From Chthonomonadales bacterium (GTDB taxonomy: Bacteria > Armatimonadota > Chthonomonadetes > Chthonomonadales > Chthonomonadaceae): a DNA stretch of 34,251 nucleotides. The first letter of the stretch is position 1; every line of letters starts with the position of its first letter. The notes beneath the pieces were generated by a model. The model worked only from the letters and a program-made list of their open reading frames with translations, made no database searches and was not told where the DNA came from. Made by a program: the position numbers and the translations under genes. Location of the stretch: the NCBI GenBank assembly GCA_038217285.1, contig JBBQPO010000023.1, forward strand, positions 1 through 34,251, read 5' to 3'. Of the stretch, positions 7,915-16,365 are shown in pieces.

Positions 7915-8340
7915 ATGGCATCTGCAGAGTCGGACGAGGAAGAGGTTGTGGGGCTTCCGCGGGGACATCTGGCACGTTTCACGGCGAGCCTGACGTTGGA
8001 ACAGAAGAAGCTGTGGACGCCGATTCGTCGGGTGTGGAAGGCGGATGCGCGGCGTGCGGTGGCCCGACCGGCTAGTTCGAACCGGGATCTGCTGTACGAC
8101 TCGATGAATCAGGCGCAGGGCAGGATCACGGCGGAGAAGATCGAGCAGTTGATCGACAATGCGGTGGCAAAAGGGGATGTGCAGGCGCTGCGGGTGATGG
8201 CGCAGATGGCCGGAATGGATCTGACGGACCGCCCGAAGCAGATCGTGGGCGAGGGTGCGAAAGTGATCATCATTCGCCCCCACCCGATGCTGCTGACCCC
8301 GGTGGAAGAGTCAAGCGTACAAAAACAGAGCGATGGTTGA
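7915..8340 (+). CDS. candidate terminase small subunit
   Basis: 141 aa from ATG 7915 with GGAGG RBS; helical AVAKGDVQALRVMAQMAGMD and C-terminal beta strand KVIIIRP, as in TerS oligomerisation regions; nearest co-oriented gene upstream of TerL. Confidence 0.45.
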   Translation: MASAESDEEEVVGLPRGHLARFTASLTLEQKKLWTPIRRVWKADARRAVARPASSNRDLLYDSMNQAQGRITAEKIEQLIDNAVAKGDVQALRVMAQMAGMDLTDRPKQIVGEGAKVIIIRPHPMLLTPVEESSVQKQSDG

Positions 8341-8388
8341 TTTTCGATTGATTCTGATGACCAATCGAAAATCAACCATCTTCTTTTC
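8332..8388. terminator. long hairpin between convergent genes (likely bidirectional terminator)
   Basis: Perfect 19-bp stem GATGGTTGATTTTCGATTG (8332-8350)/CAATCGAAAATCAACCATC (8362-8380), then TTCTTTTC. Confidence 0.7.
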
Positions 8389-9337
8389 AGGCTTTTTTGC
8401 GGCGGCGCAGCAGGATGGCTGCGCTGGTCAGGCCCGCGATCACCAGTCCAACGACGCCGGGTTCTGGGGTTGTGACGCTGGCGGAGAGCAGTGTGCCGTC
8501 GAACTGCTTACCGAAGCCGAAATGGAGTTCGTTGCCGCCGGAATCGGTCAGAGAGGCGGCGATCAGGTTGCCTTCGATGACATTCCTCTGCGTGACCGCC
8601 GCAAGGGGAGCGAGCAGAGAGCCTTCGAAAAGGCGATTGTCGATCATGAAGCTATTAGCAGTATTGTCGTTCCAGAGGATGCGATCAAAGTTGCCGCCCT
8701 GAACCTGGAGACCAAAGCCACCGACGTTTCCGCCGGTGATGTTGAGCAGAAGGGTGTCTTGCGCTCCGAAGTTGGCGATGCCGAGGGTGCGGTTGGCGCT
8801 CAGTTGCGATGCCGGGATGGAGAAGACCTTGAAGTGGCCATACTTCGTCGCACTGCTCAGGTCGATGTTCAGGTTGTTTTGGTCACTTGTATTGATCGTT
8901 TGATCGATGAGACCCGCGAGGTAGTTGGACTGATTGACGAAGGCCGTCGGGCTGAAGATGTTCGTCACGGGGCTCTTCTGGCTGCCGCCTCCCTGGAAAA
9001 TAAGCGGGTTGCCGCTTGTGGAGCCGACATAGGCGTCGTCGGTGATCTGGGTACTGCCGACCGATCTAATATTGCCACGGACATAGGCACCGATGTTGCT
9101 GGTGTTGCCGACGGTCGCCGCCGAATAGCCTGTCTGACCGGCTTTGAAGTTGACGTTGAACGAGCCGACGGTGTAGTTGCCGCCGACCGCGATGGGGCCC
9201 TCGATTTCGCCGCCGCTCGTGGTGTTGGCATCACCGAAGATGAAGGCGTTGAAGCTTTGTGCGACGCCCAGACCGGATTGAGCGGAGGCATGGGAGGGGA
9301 TGAGTGCAAGCGCGAGCACGGTGAGTAACTTCCGCAT
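8387..9337 (-). CDS. choice-of-anchor A family protein with PEP-CTERM sorting signal
   Basis: Signal peptide; FNAFIFGD...EGPIAVGGN, ILWN, GSLLAP, EGNLIA, ELH motifs; C-terminal TPEPG-TM-RRRKKA. Confidence 0.88.
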   Translation of the reverse strand: MRKLLTVLALALIPSHASAQSGLGVAQSFNAFIFGDANTTSGGEIEGPIAVGGNYTVGSFNVNFKAGQTGYSAATVGNTSNIGAYVRGNIRSVGSTQITDDAYVGSTSGNPLIFQGGGSQKSPVTNIFSPTAFVNQSNYLAGLIDQTINTSDQNNLNIDLSSATKYGHFKVFSIPASQLSANRTLGIANFGAQDTLLLNITGGNVGGFGLQVQGGNFDRILWNDNTANSFMIDNRLFEGSLLAPLAAVTQRNVIEGNLIAASLTDSGGNELHFGFGKQFDGTLLSASVTTPEPGVVGLVIAGLTSAAILLRRRKKA

Positions 9338-9660
9338 CGAGTAGAGATCCTTTCTTCAGGTGACCAGCAGGCCGAGGAGACACCGTCGGCGACGATCACC
9401 ATTTCGGGGGCATGGCGAACGTAGAGAGTGCGCACCGTTCGCCGCAGTGAGTTTCTGAGCAGTCCATCAATCCAAAAGCGTTACATGTTGCGAACTCTCA
9501 GTGACGTCATGATACCGGTTGAGGGAGGAATAATACATCAGTAGAAATGCGTATATTTCCACGAAATATCACTTAACTGAATGATGTATCGTTCATCGGC
9601 ACGAAGGATGACGTTTTTGAGAGGCTTTTCCCCGTTGCTTCACGGCAGGGGACATCTCAA

Positions 9661-9696
9661 CTCGAATTTCGATTTTCGTGAAAATCGAAATTCGAG
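9661..9696. promoter_or_regulatory. perfect 17-bp inverted repeat directly upstream of the TerL RBS
   Basis: CTCGAATTTCGATTTTC-gt-GAAAATCGAAATTCGAG, followed by GGAGG and ATG 9715. Confidence 0.55.
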
Positions 9697-9714
9697 AATG
9701 GAGGAGGGAGTGTT

Positions 9715-11079
9715 ATGGCGGCGGTGCTTGCGTGTTATGCGTGGCAGCAGCAGGTTTTCGAGGCGTGCGAAGATCCAGATATCGAGCAGATCGCGGTGGT
9801 CGGGAGCCGTGGGCCGGGCAAGTCCTGGACGGCGCGGCATGTGAATGTGGTGCGGGCGCTGCAGCGCCCGGGCACGAACCATATTCTCTTTCGGCGCACG
9901 TCGGACGACATTGTGAAGCAGTATGCGCCTGAGCTGAAGGCGCTGCTGAACGATTTTGGCGGTGTGGGACGCATTCCGCACGTCTACAACCAGACGTACA
10001 AGACGTTTACGATCATGTGCCCGAACGGAGGCGAGAGCCGGATCTTTCTGGCCTTCGCGGAGTATGCAAAGCATGCGGAGAAGCATATGTCGATGGAGTA
10101 CGCGACGGCGACTTTCGACGAGGTGACGCATTTCGAGGAGATCATTCCGCAGTTGATCGGGGGGTCGGTGCGGGGCGGGAGCAATCTGAAGAAGCTCTAT
10201 TTCGGTAATCCGGGCGGGATTGGTCATGGCTGGTGTAAGAATCGGTTTATTCGGCAGGAGACGCGGGACCCGAAGACCCTGGTGTTGCAGCCGGCGCTTA
10301 AAGATAATCTGGAGTTGGCGCGCACCGATCCTGGCTACGCGGCGCGGCTGACGGCTGGGCTTCCGGAGTGGAAGCGACGGCAGTGGCTGGCAGGCGATTG
10401 GGAGGCGAGCGAGGGGCAGTATTTCTCGGTGCCGGATGGGGCGATCCGCGAGGTGAATCCGCCGGTCTGGGCGCAGTGGTATGCGGGCGTGGACTGGGGT
10501 TTCTCGCCTTCAGCGTTCGCAGTGGTCTGGATCGCGGTGTGGCGGGAACTGCATACGGGGCGGCACCGCTGCCATATTTTCGCGGACCTGAAGCTGCATA
10601 AGCGGCTGGACGCGGAGCAGGCGCGGGAGGCGTTGGGAGTGGAAGCGTTGCTGCCCGCGCCAGTGAAGGCGCGGTTCGCGGACCCTTCGACGGGCAAGGA
10701 GACGGAGAGCGACGGGGACGAGCAGACGCGCACGACGGCCCGCACCTGGGCGCGGAACGGGTTTGTGACGCTGCCAGCGAAGCGCAGGGGGCGGGTGCCG
10801 GGGTGGATGCTACTGCGGCAGTTTCTGACGCCGATACCGGGCTACTCGCCGGACCCCGACCGCCCGCACGGGGTGCTGACGATCTCGCCGGAGTGCGGCG
10901 CGACGCTGGCGGAGCTCCAGGACGCTACCTTCGAGACGCGCGGCGGCATGATCGTCAGCGATGACCTTGGTGGGGAGGACCACTGCTGTGACTCGATTCG
11001 GTACTGCATTGGAATGGTCTATAACATGAATTTCCCTGAGTCACGGCTGTTGCCTTACGCACGGCGGACCGATGGTTAG
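9715..11079 (+). CDS. terL: phage terminase large subunit
   Basis: Adenine-binding YAWQ, Walker A GSRGPGKS, Walker B ATFDE, coupling motif FGNPGG, RNase H-like nuclease AGVDWGF...ADPS...DHCCDSIRY. Confidence 0.92.
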   Translation: MAAVLACYAWQQQVFEACEDPDIEQIAVVGSRGPGKSWTARHVNVVRALQRPGTNHILFRRTSDDIVKQYAPELKALLNDFGGVGRIPHVYNQTYKTFTIMCPNGGESRIFLAFAEYAKHAEKHMSMEYATATFDEVTHFEEIIPQLIGGSVRGGSNLKKLYFGNPGGIGHGWCKNRFIRQETRDPKTLVLQPALKDNLELARTDPGYAARLTAGLPEWKRRQWLAGDWEASEGQYFSVPDGAIREVNPPVWAQWYAGVDWGFSPSAFAVVWIAVWRELHTGRHRCHIFADLKLHKRLDAEQAREALGVEALLPAPVKARFADPSTGKETESDGDEQTRTTARTWARNGFVTLPAKRRGRVPGWMLLRQFLTPIPGYSPDPDRPHGVLTISPECGATLAELQDATFETRGGMIVSDDLGGEDHCCDSIRYCIGMVYNMNFPESRLLPYARRTDG

Positions 11080-11305
11080 GGGATTCGGCACACAGGGACC
11101 GAAGTAAAGTGCGCGGGACTCTAGCATTTCTTTCGCCGACAGAAGTCTCGGAGGTTTGCCCTGGATCCTTCAAAATGTGCCGGAGGAACCGCCCTCCGCA
11201 GGGATCCTGTCTTCGTTTACCGGGTATACAGAGCCGTTGCCCATAGCGCGCAGCGGCCAATGATCAGGTTCGTGTGACGCAAACGTGTCACACAGGAGGC
11301 GCCAT

Positions 11306-11899
11306 ATGAAAGCTGGAAAGCTAGTTTGCTCGCTCCCATCGCGTTGCTCTGTTTTGTGCCAGGGACACTTGCGCGTACTATGCCCAAAGCGCCAGTAGTT
11401 GCCTTCCGGCAACAGCCACTGACCTCGACCGAATTTACTATCACCATCCAGGGCAAAAAGCAGGGCATGTTCAAAGGGGATGGACACGCCAATCAGATCC
11501 GTGGCCTGAGCTATGACCTTCAGATTATGTCGCCGCGTGACCCCCAATCGGGGCTGCCTTCGGGGAAAGTTCGGTTCAACCCGCTCGTCGTTACCAAAGA
11601 GTGGGGAGAGGCGTCTCCACAGATCCTCATCGCCCTGGCGACCAATGAGTTGTTGCCAGCCGTTCAACTCACCTTCTATAGTGTGAATGGTCCGGGCGAA
11701 CACCATGTGGATCATGTCATCACGTTAATGGACGCGTCTGTCTCGGAAGTCCATCACCGTCCAGGAGCAGGGTCTGAAGGACAGCTCGACCGACAAGTTC
11801 CAGTTGGAGGATATCTCCTTCTCCTTCCGCAAGATCCAGGTAGAAGACAAAGTCGGTAAAACCGTCTTTATAGCAGATGGATCGGTGAGCCAACAGTAG
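11306..11899 (+). pseudogene. hcp: Hcp1-family (T6SS tube-like) protein with N-terminal signal peptide; two compensating frameshifts
   Basis: AGGAGG RBS + ATG 11306; middle frame (11326-~11750) has ITIQGKKQG, SPRDPQSGLPSGKVRFNPLVVTKEWGEASPQI, ATNELL, ITLMDASVS; C-terminal LEDISFSFRKIQV lies in the ATG frame and ends at TAG 11897-11899. Confidence 0.8.
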
Positions 11900-12030
11900 A
11901 TCGGATCGCGCCATCGCCCGTGAGGTGTCGATAGCGAGAGAGCCTCTAAAGCACGAGCGCAACTCTGAAAAGGGTTGCGCTCGACCCGTTTCAGCGTTGG
12001 CAGGACAGCATTTCTCATACGCTGGTCCAT

Positions 12031-13560
12031 TCAGCGATTGCGTTTGCGGTAGAGGCCGAAGGCGGCCATGCCTACGCCCAGGAAGCCTGCTCCGAGCAGG
12101 CCCATGGCAAGGGCGCCCTGGTGGGGGCGGATGGTGTCGGCATAGGTTTCGAGGGCTTTGTCGACGAGGGGCTCCCTGGCTTTGCGCTCGTACCAGCGCT
12201 GGGCGGCGTGCTGGTTGGCCATGGAGAGCGTCGGGTAGACGTGAATGAGGTCGGCGACGTCGCGGATGGTGTGGTTGTGCTGCATGGCGAAGACCCACTC
12301 CTGGATCAGTTCTCCGGCGCGTGGGCCGAGGATGTGCGCTCCCAGGATTTTGCCGCTCATGCCCTGTGTCAGAACTTTGACGAAGCCCCGGCTATCGTTG
12401 TCGGTGAGGGCGCGGTCATCCTGTGCGAAGGGCTGGCGAACGACCTCGTAGATCAAGCCGCGATCTGTAGCCTCCTCTTCGGTGAGGCCGACGTGCGCGA
12501 CTTCGGGATCGGTAAAGGTGGTCCAGGGCGCAACGCGAAACGAGGCTTTGGCGCTGCCGGGAAAGACGATGTTGCGCACGACCGTTTTGGCCTCGAACTC
12601 GGCCATGTGCGAGAACTGGTATTCGCCCAGCAGATCGCCGCAGGCATAGATATGTGGCGCAGAGGTGCGCAGAGCGTCGTCGGTGGGAATGCGATCTTTC
12701 TCGACGCGCACACCGGCAACTTCCAGGTTCAGCCCATCGATATTCGGGGCGCGCCCGACACCGATCAGGATCTCCGCGCAACGGATCTCGCTTGTCTCTT
12801 CACCCTCTCGCAGCGTGACGACGCGCTCCTCACCCTCTTTCCGCACCGCGATCAGCTCTGTGTTCAGGCGGAGGTCGATACCGTCCTGGCGCAGATATTT
12901 CTCCAACTCGAAGGCAAGCTCGGCGTCGTCACGGGGCAGCAGGCGCGCGCCTTTTTGCACCAGCGTGACCTGACTGCCCAGGAGTTGGAACGCCTGGGCC
13001 ATCTCGACGCCGATGGGACCGCCGCCCACCACCAGCAGACTGGCGGGAATGGCGTTTAGATCGAAGATCGTCTGATTGGTGTGGGCGCCTGCCTCGGGCA
13101 GACCGGAAACGTCGGGAAGAACGGGGTGGGAGCCGGTGGCCAGTATGAAGTTGGCCGCCGTCAGACGCTCACCGTCCAGGAGCAGGGTATGGGGGTCTGC
13201 GAAGTGCGCGTCGCCATGTCGGATCTCGGCGCCGTTCTCGCGCATCAGGTCTTCGGTTGCGTCCGCAATCCGCACACGGTCGATCGTGCCCCGCACCCAC
13301 GGCAGCACTCCTGCGGCTTCTTCGCGTCCAATCGCGCTATCTTGAAGACCTATCTGGCTGGCAGTACGTAAGATTCGCGCGGTTTTGGCGGCATGGAGCA
13401 GGGCTTTGCTGGGGACGCAGCCGGTGTTCAGGCATTCGCCGCCCAATTTCCCCTTCTCGATCACCAGGACGCGCATCTTAAGCGCCCCTGCCATGACGCT
13501 CGCGACCATGCCTGCAGAGCCGCCGCCCAAGATGATGATGTCGTAGTCGTAATGGCTCAT
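12031..13560 (-). CDS. pyridine nucleotide-disulfide oxidoreductase (dihydrolipoamide dehydrogenase/MerA-like family) with C-terminal TM helix
   Basis: GGGSAG, GGECLNTGCVPSK, GGGPIGVE, IYACGD, HVYPT; start overlaps the arsS stop (ATGA). Confidence 0.9.
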   Translation of the reverse strand: MSHYDYDIIILGGGSAGMVASVMAGALKMRVLVIEKGKLGGECLNTGCVPSKALLHAAKTARILRTASQIGLQDSAIGREEAAGVLPWVRGTIDRVRIADATEDLMRENGAEIRHGDAHFADPHTLLLDGERLTAANFILATGSHPVLPDVSGLPEAGAHTNQTIFDLNAIPASLLVVGGGPIGVEMAQAFQLLGSQVTLVQKGARLLPRDDAELAFELEKYLRQDGIDLRLNTELIAVRKEGEERVVTLREGEETSEIRCAEILIGVGRAPNIDGLNLEVAGVRVEKDRIPTDDALRTSAPHIYACGDLLGEYQFSHMAEFEAKTVVRNIVFPGSAKASFRVAPWTTFTDPEVAHVGLTEEEATDRGLIYEVVRQPFAQDDRALTDNDSRGFVKVLTQGMSGKILGAHILGPRAGELIQEWVFAMQHNHTIRDVADLIHVYPTLSMANQHAAQRWYERKAREPLVDKALETYADTIRPHQGALAMGLLGAGFLGVGMAAFGLYRKRNR

Positions 13561-14531
13561 GTCGTCACCGCCCCGCCGCAGGAAGAGCCGCTGCCGGCCG
13601 TACAGCCGAAGCAGTGCGGGCCGGTGATGATGCGCCGCCGGGCGAATGGGAGCAGGTCGAGATCTTCAATCGTCTGCGGCAGGCCGTCGGAAACAGGCAG
13701 TTCGAGCATCTGGTTGAAATCGCAGTCGTAGAGGCGGCCGTCCCACCCGACGCTGAGCAACGTGCGGCACATCAGGCTCGGCACCGTACCAGGATTGAAA
13801 CTATTGACCAGCTTTTCCATATAGCGCTCCTCGTTTCCCGACCGGCGCAGGTAGTCCAGAAAGCGACGTATCGGCATATTGGTGATGGTGTAGAGATGGT
13901 TGAACTCCAGATCGTAGCGCGTTTTGAGTTCACGTTTGAAATCGCGCTCGGTGCTCGCCTGATCCGGTGGCAAAAATGCGCCGACGGGATTGTAGACCAG
14001 GTTGAGGTTCAGGCCGGTCCCTTCCTGCCCGTAGCCAACGTCATTCAAGCGCCGCATGGCATCGAGGCTTTGGGCGAAAACGCCTTTGCCGCGTTGGGCG
14101 TCGGTCTGCTGAGCCAGGAAATAGGGCAGGGAGGCGATCACCTCTGCCTGGTTCTCCCGAAAGAACTCGGGCAGACAGGCGTTGCCGGGTGTGAACTGGA
14201 CCGTGAAGTTGTGCCGCACCATCACATGCGCGCCCGCCTGTCGAGCCTCGGTCACAAGATAGGCAAAATGAGGGTTGAGTTCCGGCGCGCCGCCTGTGAT
14301 GTCGAGGATAGGGATGCGGAAGCGCCGGAGTGTTTGCAAGACCTGATCGACCGTTGTACGGCTCATGATCTCGGTGCGCTGCGGGCCTGCTTCGACGTGG
14401 CAGTGCTTACAGGCCTGGTTGCAGAGCTTGCCTACGTTGACCTGGAGGGTTGTGATGGCGTCTTCCGCGCGCAGTTCACCCAGATTGTGATCCAGGAGAA
14501 CGGTATCGAAAGCGGTGATGGTGAGAGGCAT
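13557..14531 (-). CDS. arsS: arsenosugar biosynthesis radical SAM protein (TIGR04167/DUF3641 type)
   Basis: LQVNVGKLCNQACKHCHV, DITGGAPE, LVYNP-GAFLPP, MCR-LLSVGWDG-LYDCDFNQML, HCFGCTAGSGSSCGGA. Confidence 0.92.
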   Translation of the reverse strand: MPLTITAFDTVLLDHNLGELRAEDAITTLQVNVGKLCNQACKHCHVEAGPQRTEIMSRTTVDQVLQTLRRFRIPILDITGGAPELNPHFAYLVTEARQAGAHVMVRHNFTVQFTPGNACLPEFFRENQAEVIASLPYFLAQQTDAQRGKGVFAQSLDAMRRLNDVGYGQEGTGLNLNLVYNPVGAFLPPDQASTERDFKRELKTRYDLEFNHLYTITNMPIRRFLDYLRRSGNEERYMEKLVNSFNPGTVPSLMCRTLLSVGWDGRLYDCDFNQMLELPVSDGLPQTIEDLDLLPFARRRIITGPHCFGCTAGSGSSCGGAVTT

Positions 14532-14564
14532 AAGGTATTCCTGAGAGTGGTGAGAGTCGGGCGC

Positions 14565-14894
14565 TCACATTGAGATTTTGTCAACTGTGTTGTGGGCCTG
14601 GAGGCCATGGATCAGCGTTGCGCCTCCACGCACTGCGGACGCCATGTGAATAGCTTCCGTCATCTGCTCGGTGTTGGAGCCTGCTTCGAGGCAGGACTGC
14701 GCGTAAGAGTCGATGCAGTATGGACACTGGAGGGCATGGGCGACCGCAAGGCCGATCAGCGATTTTTCCCTCCGGGAGAGGGCGCCCTCTTCGAGGCAGG
14801 CGTTGTACCAGTCCATGAATTTGGCGAACAGGTCGGGCCGCTCTTTCGCCATCTCACCGAAACGATCTAAATCTTTCTCTTCGTAGTAGGACAT
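14565..14894 (-). CDS. arsenosugar biosynthesis-associated peroxidase-like protein (CMD/AhpD family)
   Basis: YY..DL..FG; GALSRREKSLIGLAVAHALQCPYCIDSY; GGATLIHG; GGAGG RBS before ATG 14894. Confidence 0.9.
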   Translation of the reverse strand: MSYYEEKDLDRFGEMAKERPDLFAKFMDWYNACLEEGALSRREKSLIGLAVAHALQCPYCIDSYAQSCLEAGSNTEQMTEAIHMASAVRGGATLIHGLQAHNTVDKISM

Positions 14895-14906
14895 AAGGCC
14901 TCCATC

Positions 14907-15617
14907 ATGCATTTTAATCCGAACGTGCCCAAACCGGAACCCCTGTTCCTCATCATGGCAAAAGCGCCGCGAGCCGGGGCTGTCAAAACTCGCCTGTGTC
15001 CTCCGCTGTCAGAAGACCATGCTGCCTTGCTCGCCGCCTGTTTCGCGCAGGATGTGGTTGCCGCCGTCCGGGCGGTCTGTCCGCGTGTGCTTCTCGCCTA
15101 CGCGCCTCTTGAGGGCCGTAGCCTTTTGGAGCCACTGTTGCCGCCGGGTCTGCTCTGGACTCCGCAGCGGGGCGAAACCCTCGGAGAGCGGATGCAGGGC
15201 GCGTTCGAGGCAGCCGACACGAGCGGGTTCTCTCCGCTGGTTATGCTCGGAACCGACAGCCCGACGCTGCCGCCCACTTTTCTTGACGATGCGCTGCAAC
15301 TTCTGACGACGGATCGGGCCGATGTCGTGCTGGGGCCGACAGAGGACGGCGGATTTTATCTCGTCGGGGTGCGCCATCCCTTTGCCGGCCTCTTCGCGAA
15401 TGTGGCATGGAGCACGGCGCAGACGCTGGCGAATACCCTGCGGAATGCCGTTGCCATGAACCTCCGCGTAACGCTCCTACCTACCTGGTACGACGTAGAC
15501 GTGCCTGAAGACTTAGAACATCTTTGCGCGGAGTTTGGTTCCGAACCTACCGCGCGAGACCGTGCTCCGCAGACCTATCACTGGCTGCGCGCCCATTCGC
15601 TGGTCCTACCTCGATGA
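14907..15617 (+). CDS. TIGR04282/DUF2064 family glycosyltransferase-like protein
   Basis: MAKAP..G.VKTRL, Q.G..LGERM, GTDSP, VVLGP..DGGFYL, WST, WYDVD..EDL; start could also be GTG 14925. Confidence 0.9.
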   Translation: MHFNPNVPKPEPLFLIMAKAPRAGAVKTRLCPPLSEDHAALLAACFAQDVVAAVRAVCPRVLLAYAPLEGRSLLEPLLPPGLLWTPQRGETLGERMQGAFEAADTSGFSPLVMLGTDSPTLPPTFLDDALQLLTTDRADVVLGPTEDGGFYLVGVRHPFAGLFANVAWSTAQTLANTLRNAVAMNLRVTLLPTWYDVDVPEDLEHLCAEFGSEPTARDRAPQTYHWLRAHSLVLPR

Positions 15618-16306
15618 ACATCACTGTAATCGTGCCTACGCTAAATGAGGAAAAAACGTTGCCTGGGACGCTGCACAATATCGCGATGTGTGCGCCGGGG
15701 TGCGAAGTGATCATCGTGGACGGCGGCAGTTCGGATAGCACCCGGGCGGTTGCACAGGCGTTTACGAGGTTTCCGATTGTGTGGCTGGAGTCTCCGAAAG
15801 GCCGGGGCACACAGATGAACGCAGGCGCGGTGCGAGCGACGGGGGATGTGCTGCTGTTCCTGCACGCGGACACGCATCTGCCACCGGAGACGCCTGCCCT
15901 GGTAGAGCGTGCCCTTCAGGATCCGGCGATCCTCGGCGGATTCTTTCGGATCGCCTTCGTCCCGCATGCCCCACTCGGCGACTTCTATGCCTGGTGTTAC
16001 AACCTGCGCAGCCACTTCCGTGTCTTTTATGGGGATGCGTGTCTGTTCGTGCGCCGTCCGGTGTTCGCGCAGATGGAGGGCTATCGGGCTGCGCTGCTGA
16101 TGGAGGATATCGAGCTGATCCTGCGTCTGCGCCGCGCGGGCAGACTGGCCTATATTCGGCCGGCAACGGTCGAGTCTTCCTCACGTCGCTTCGCGACCAC
16201 CGGTGTCGGGATCAAGATGCTGTTCGTCTGGTTCTGGCTGCATATCCTGATGGCCTGCGGCGTTTCTCAGGAGAGGCTGGCGCGATTCTATCCGGACAAA
16301 CGCTAG
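15614..16306 (+). CDS. TIGR04283 family GT2 glycosyltransferase
   Basis: VIVPTLNEE, VDGGSSD, GRGTQMNAGA, LLFLHADT, YGD, LMED, SSRR; ATGA overlap with the previous gene. Confidence 0.9.
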   Translation: MNITVIVPTLNEEKTLPGTLHNIAMCAPGCEVIIVDGGSSDSTRAVAQAFTRFPIVWLESPKGRGTQMNAGAVRATGDVLLFLHADTHLPPETPALVERALQDPAILGGFFRIAFVPHAPLGDFYAWCYNLRSHFRVFYGDACLFVRRPVFAQMEGYRAALLMEDIELILRLRRAGRLAYIRPATVESSSRRFATTGVGIKMLFVWFWLHILMACGVSQERLARFYPDKR

Positions 16307-16365
16307 CCCTCACCTATGCGGAAGCTGCGGCCCGCCATAAATTTCTTATTGAGGAGACATTCGTT

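Noticed and set aside
11306-11899. Type VI secretion system or eCIS locus
   Set aside because: Only Hcp is present; no sheath, baseplate, VgrG/PAAR or membrane-complex genes in the window.
12031-13560. Mercuric reductase merA
   Set aside because: No N-terminal metal-binding domain, no C-terminal Cys-Cys pair and no mer genes; the context is the arsS cluster.
13560-13600. Selenocysteine in the ArsS C-terminus
   Set aside because: The codon in SSCGG is TGC (Cys), not TGA.
15781-16365. Long N-terminal extensions in the ORF track (mtnP from 15781; also 2024, 15524, 20544, 28280, 20218)
   Set aside because: They overlap neighbouring genes or lack an RBS; downstream starts have SD sequences or stop/start overlaps and match family N-termini.
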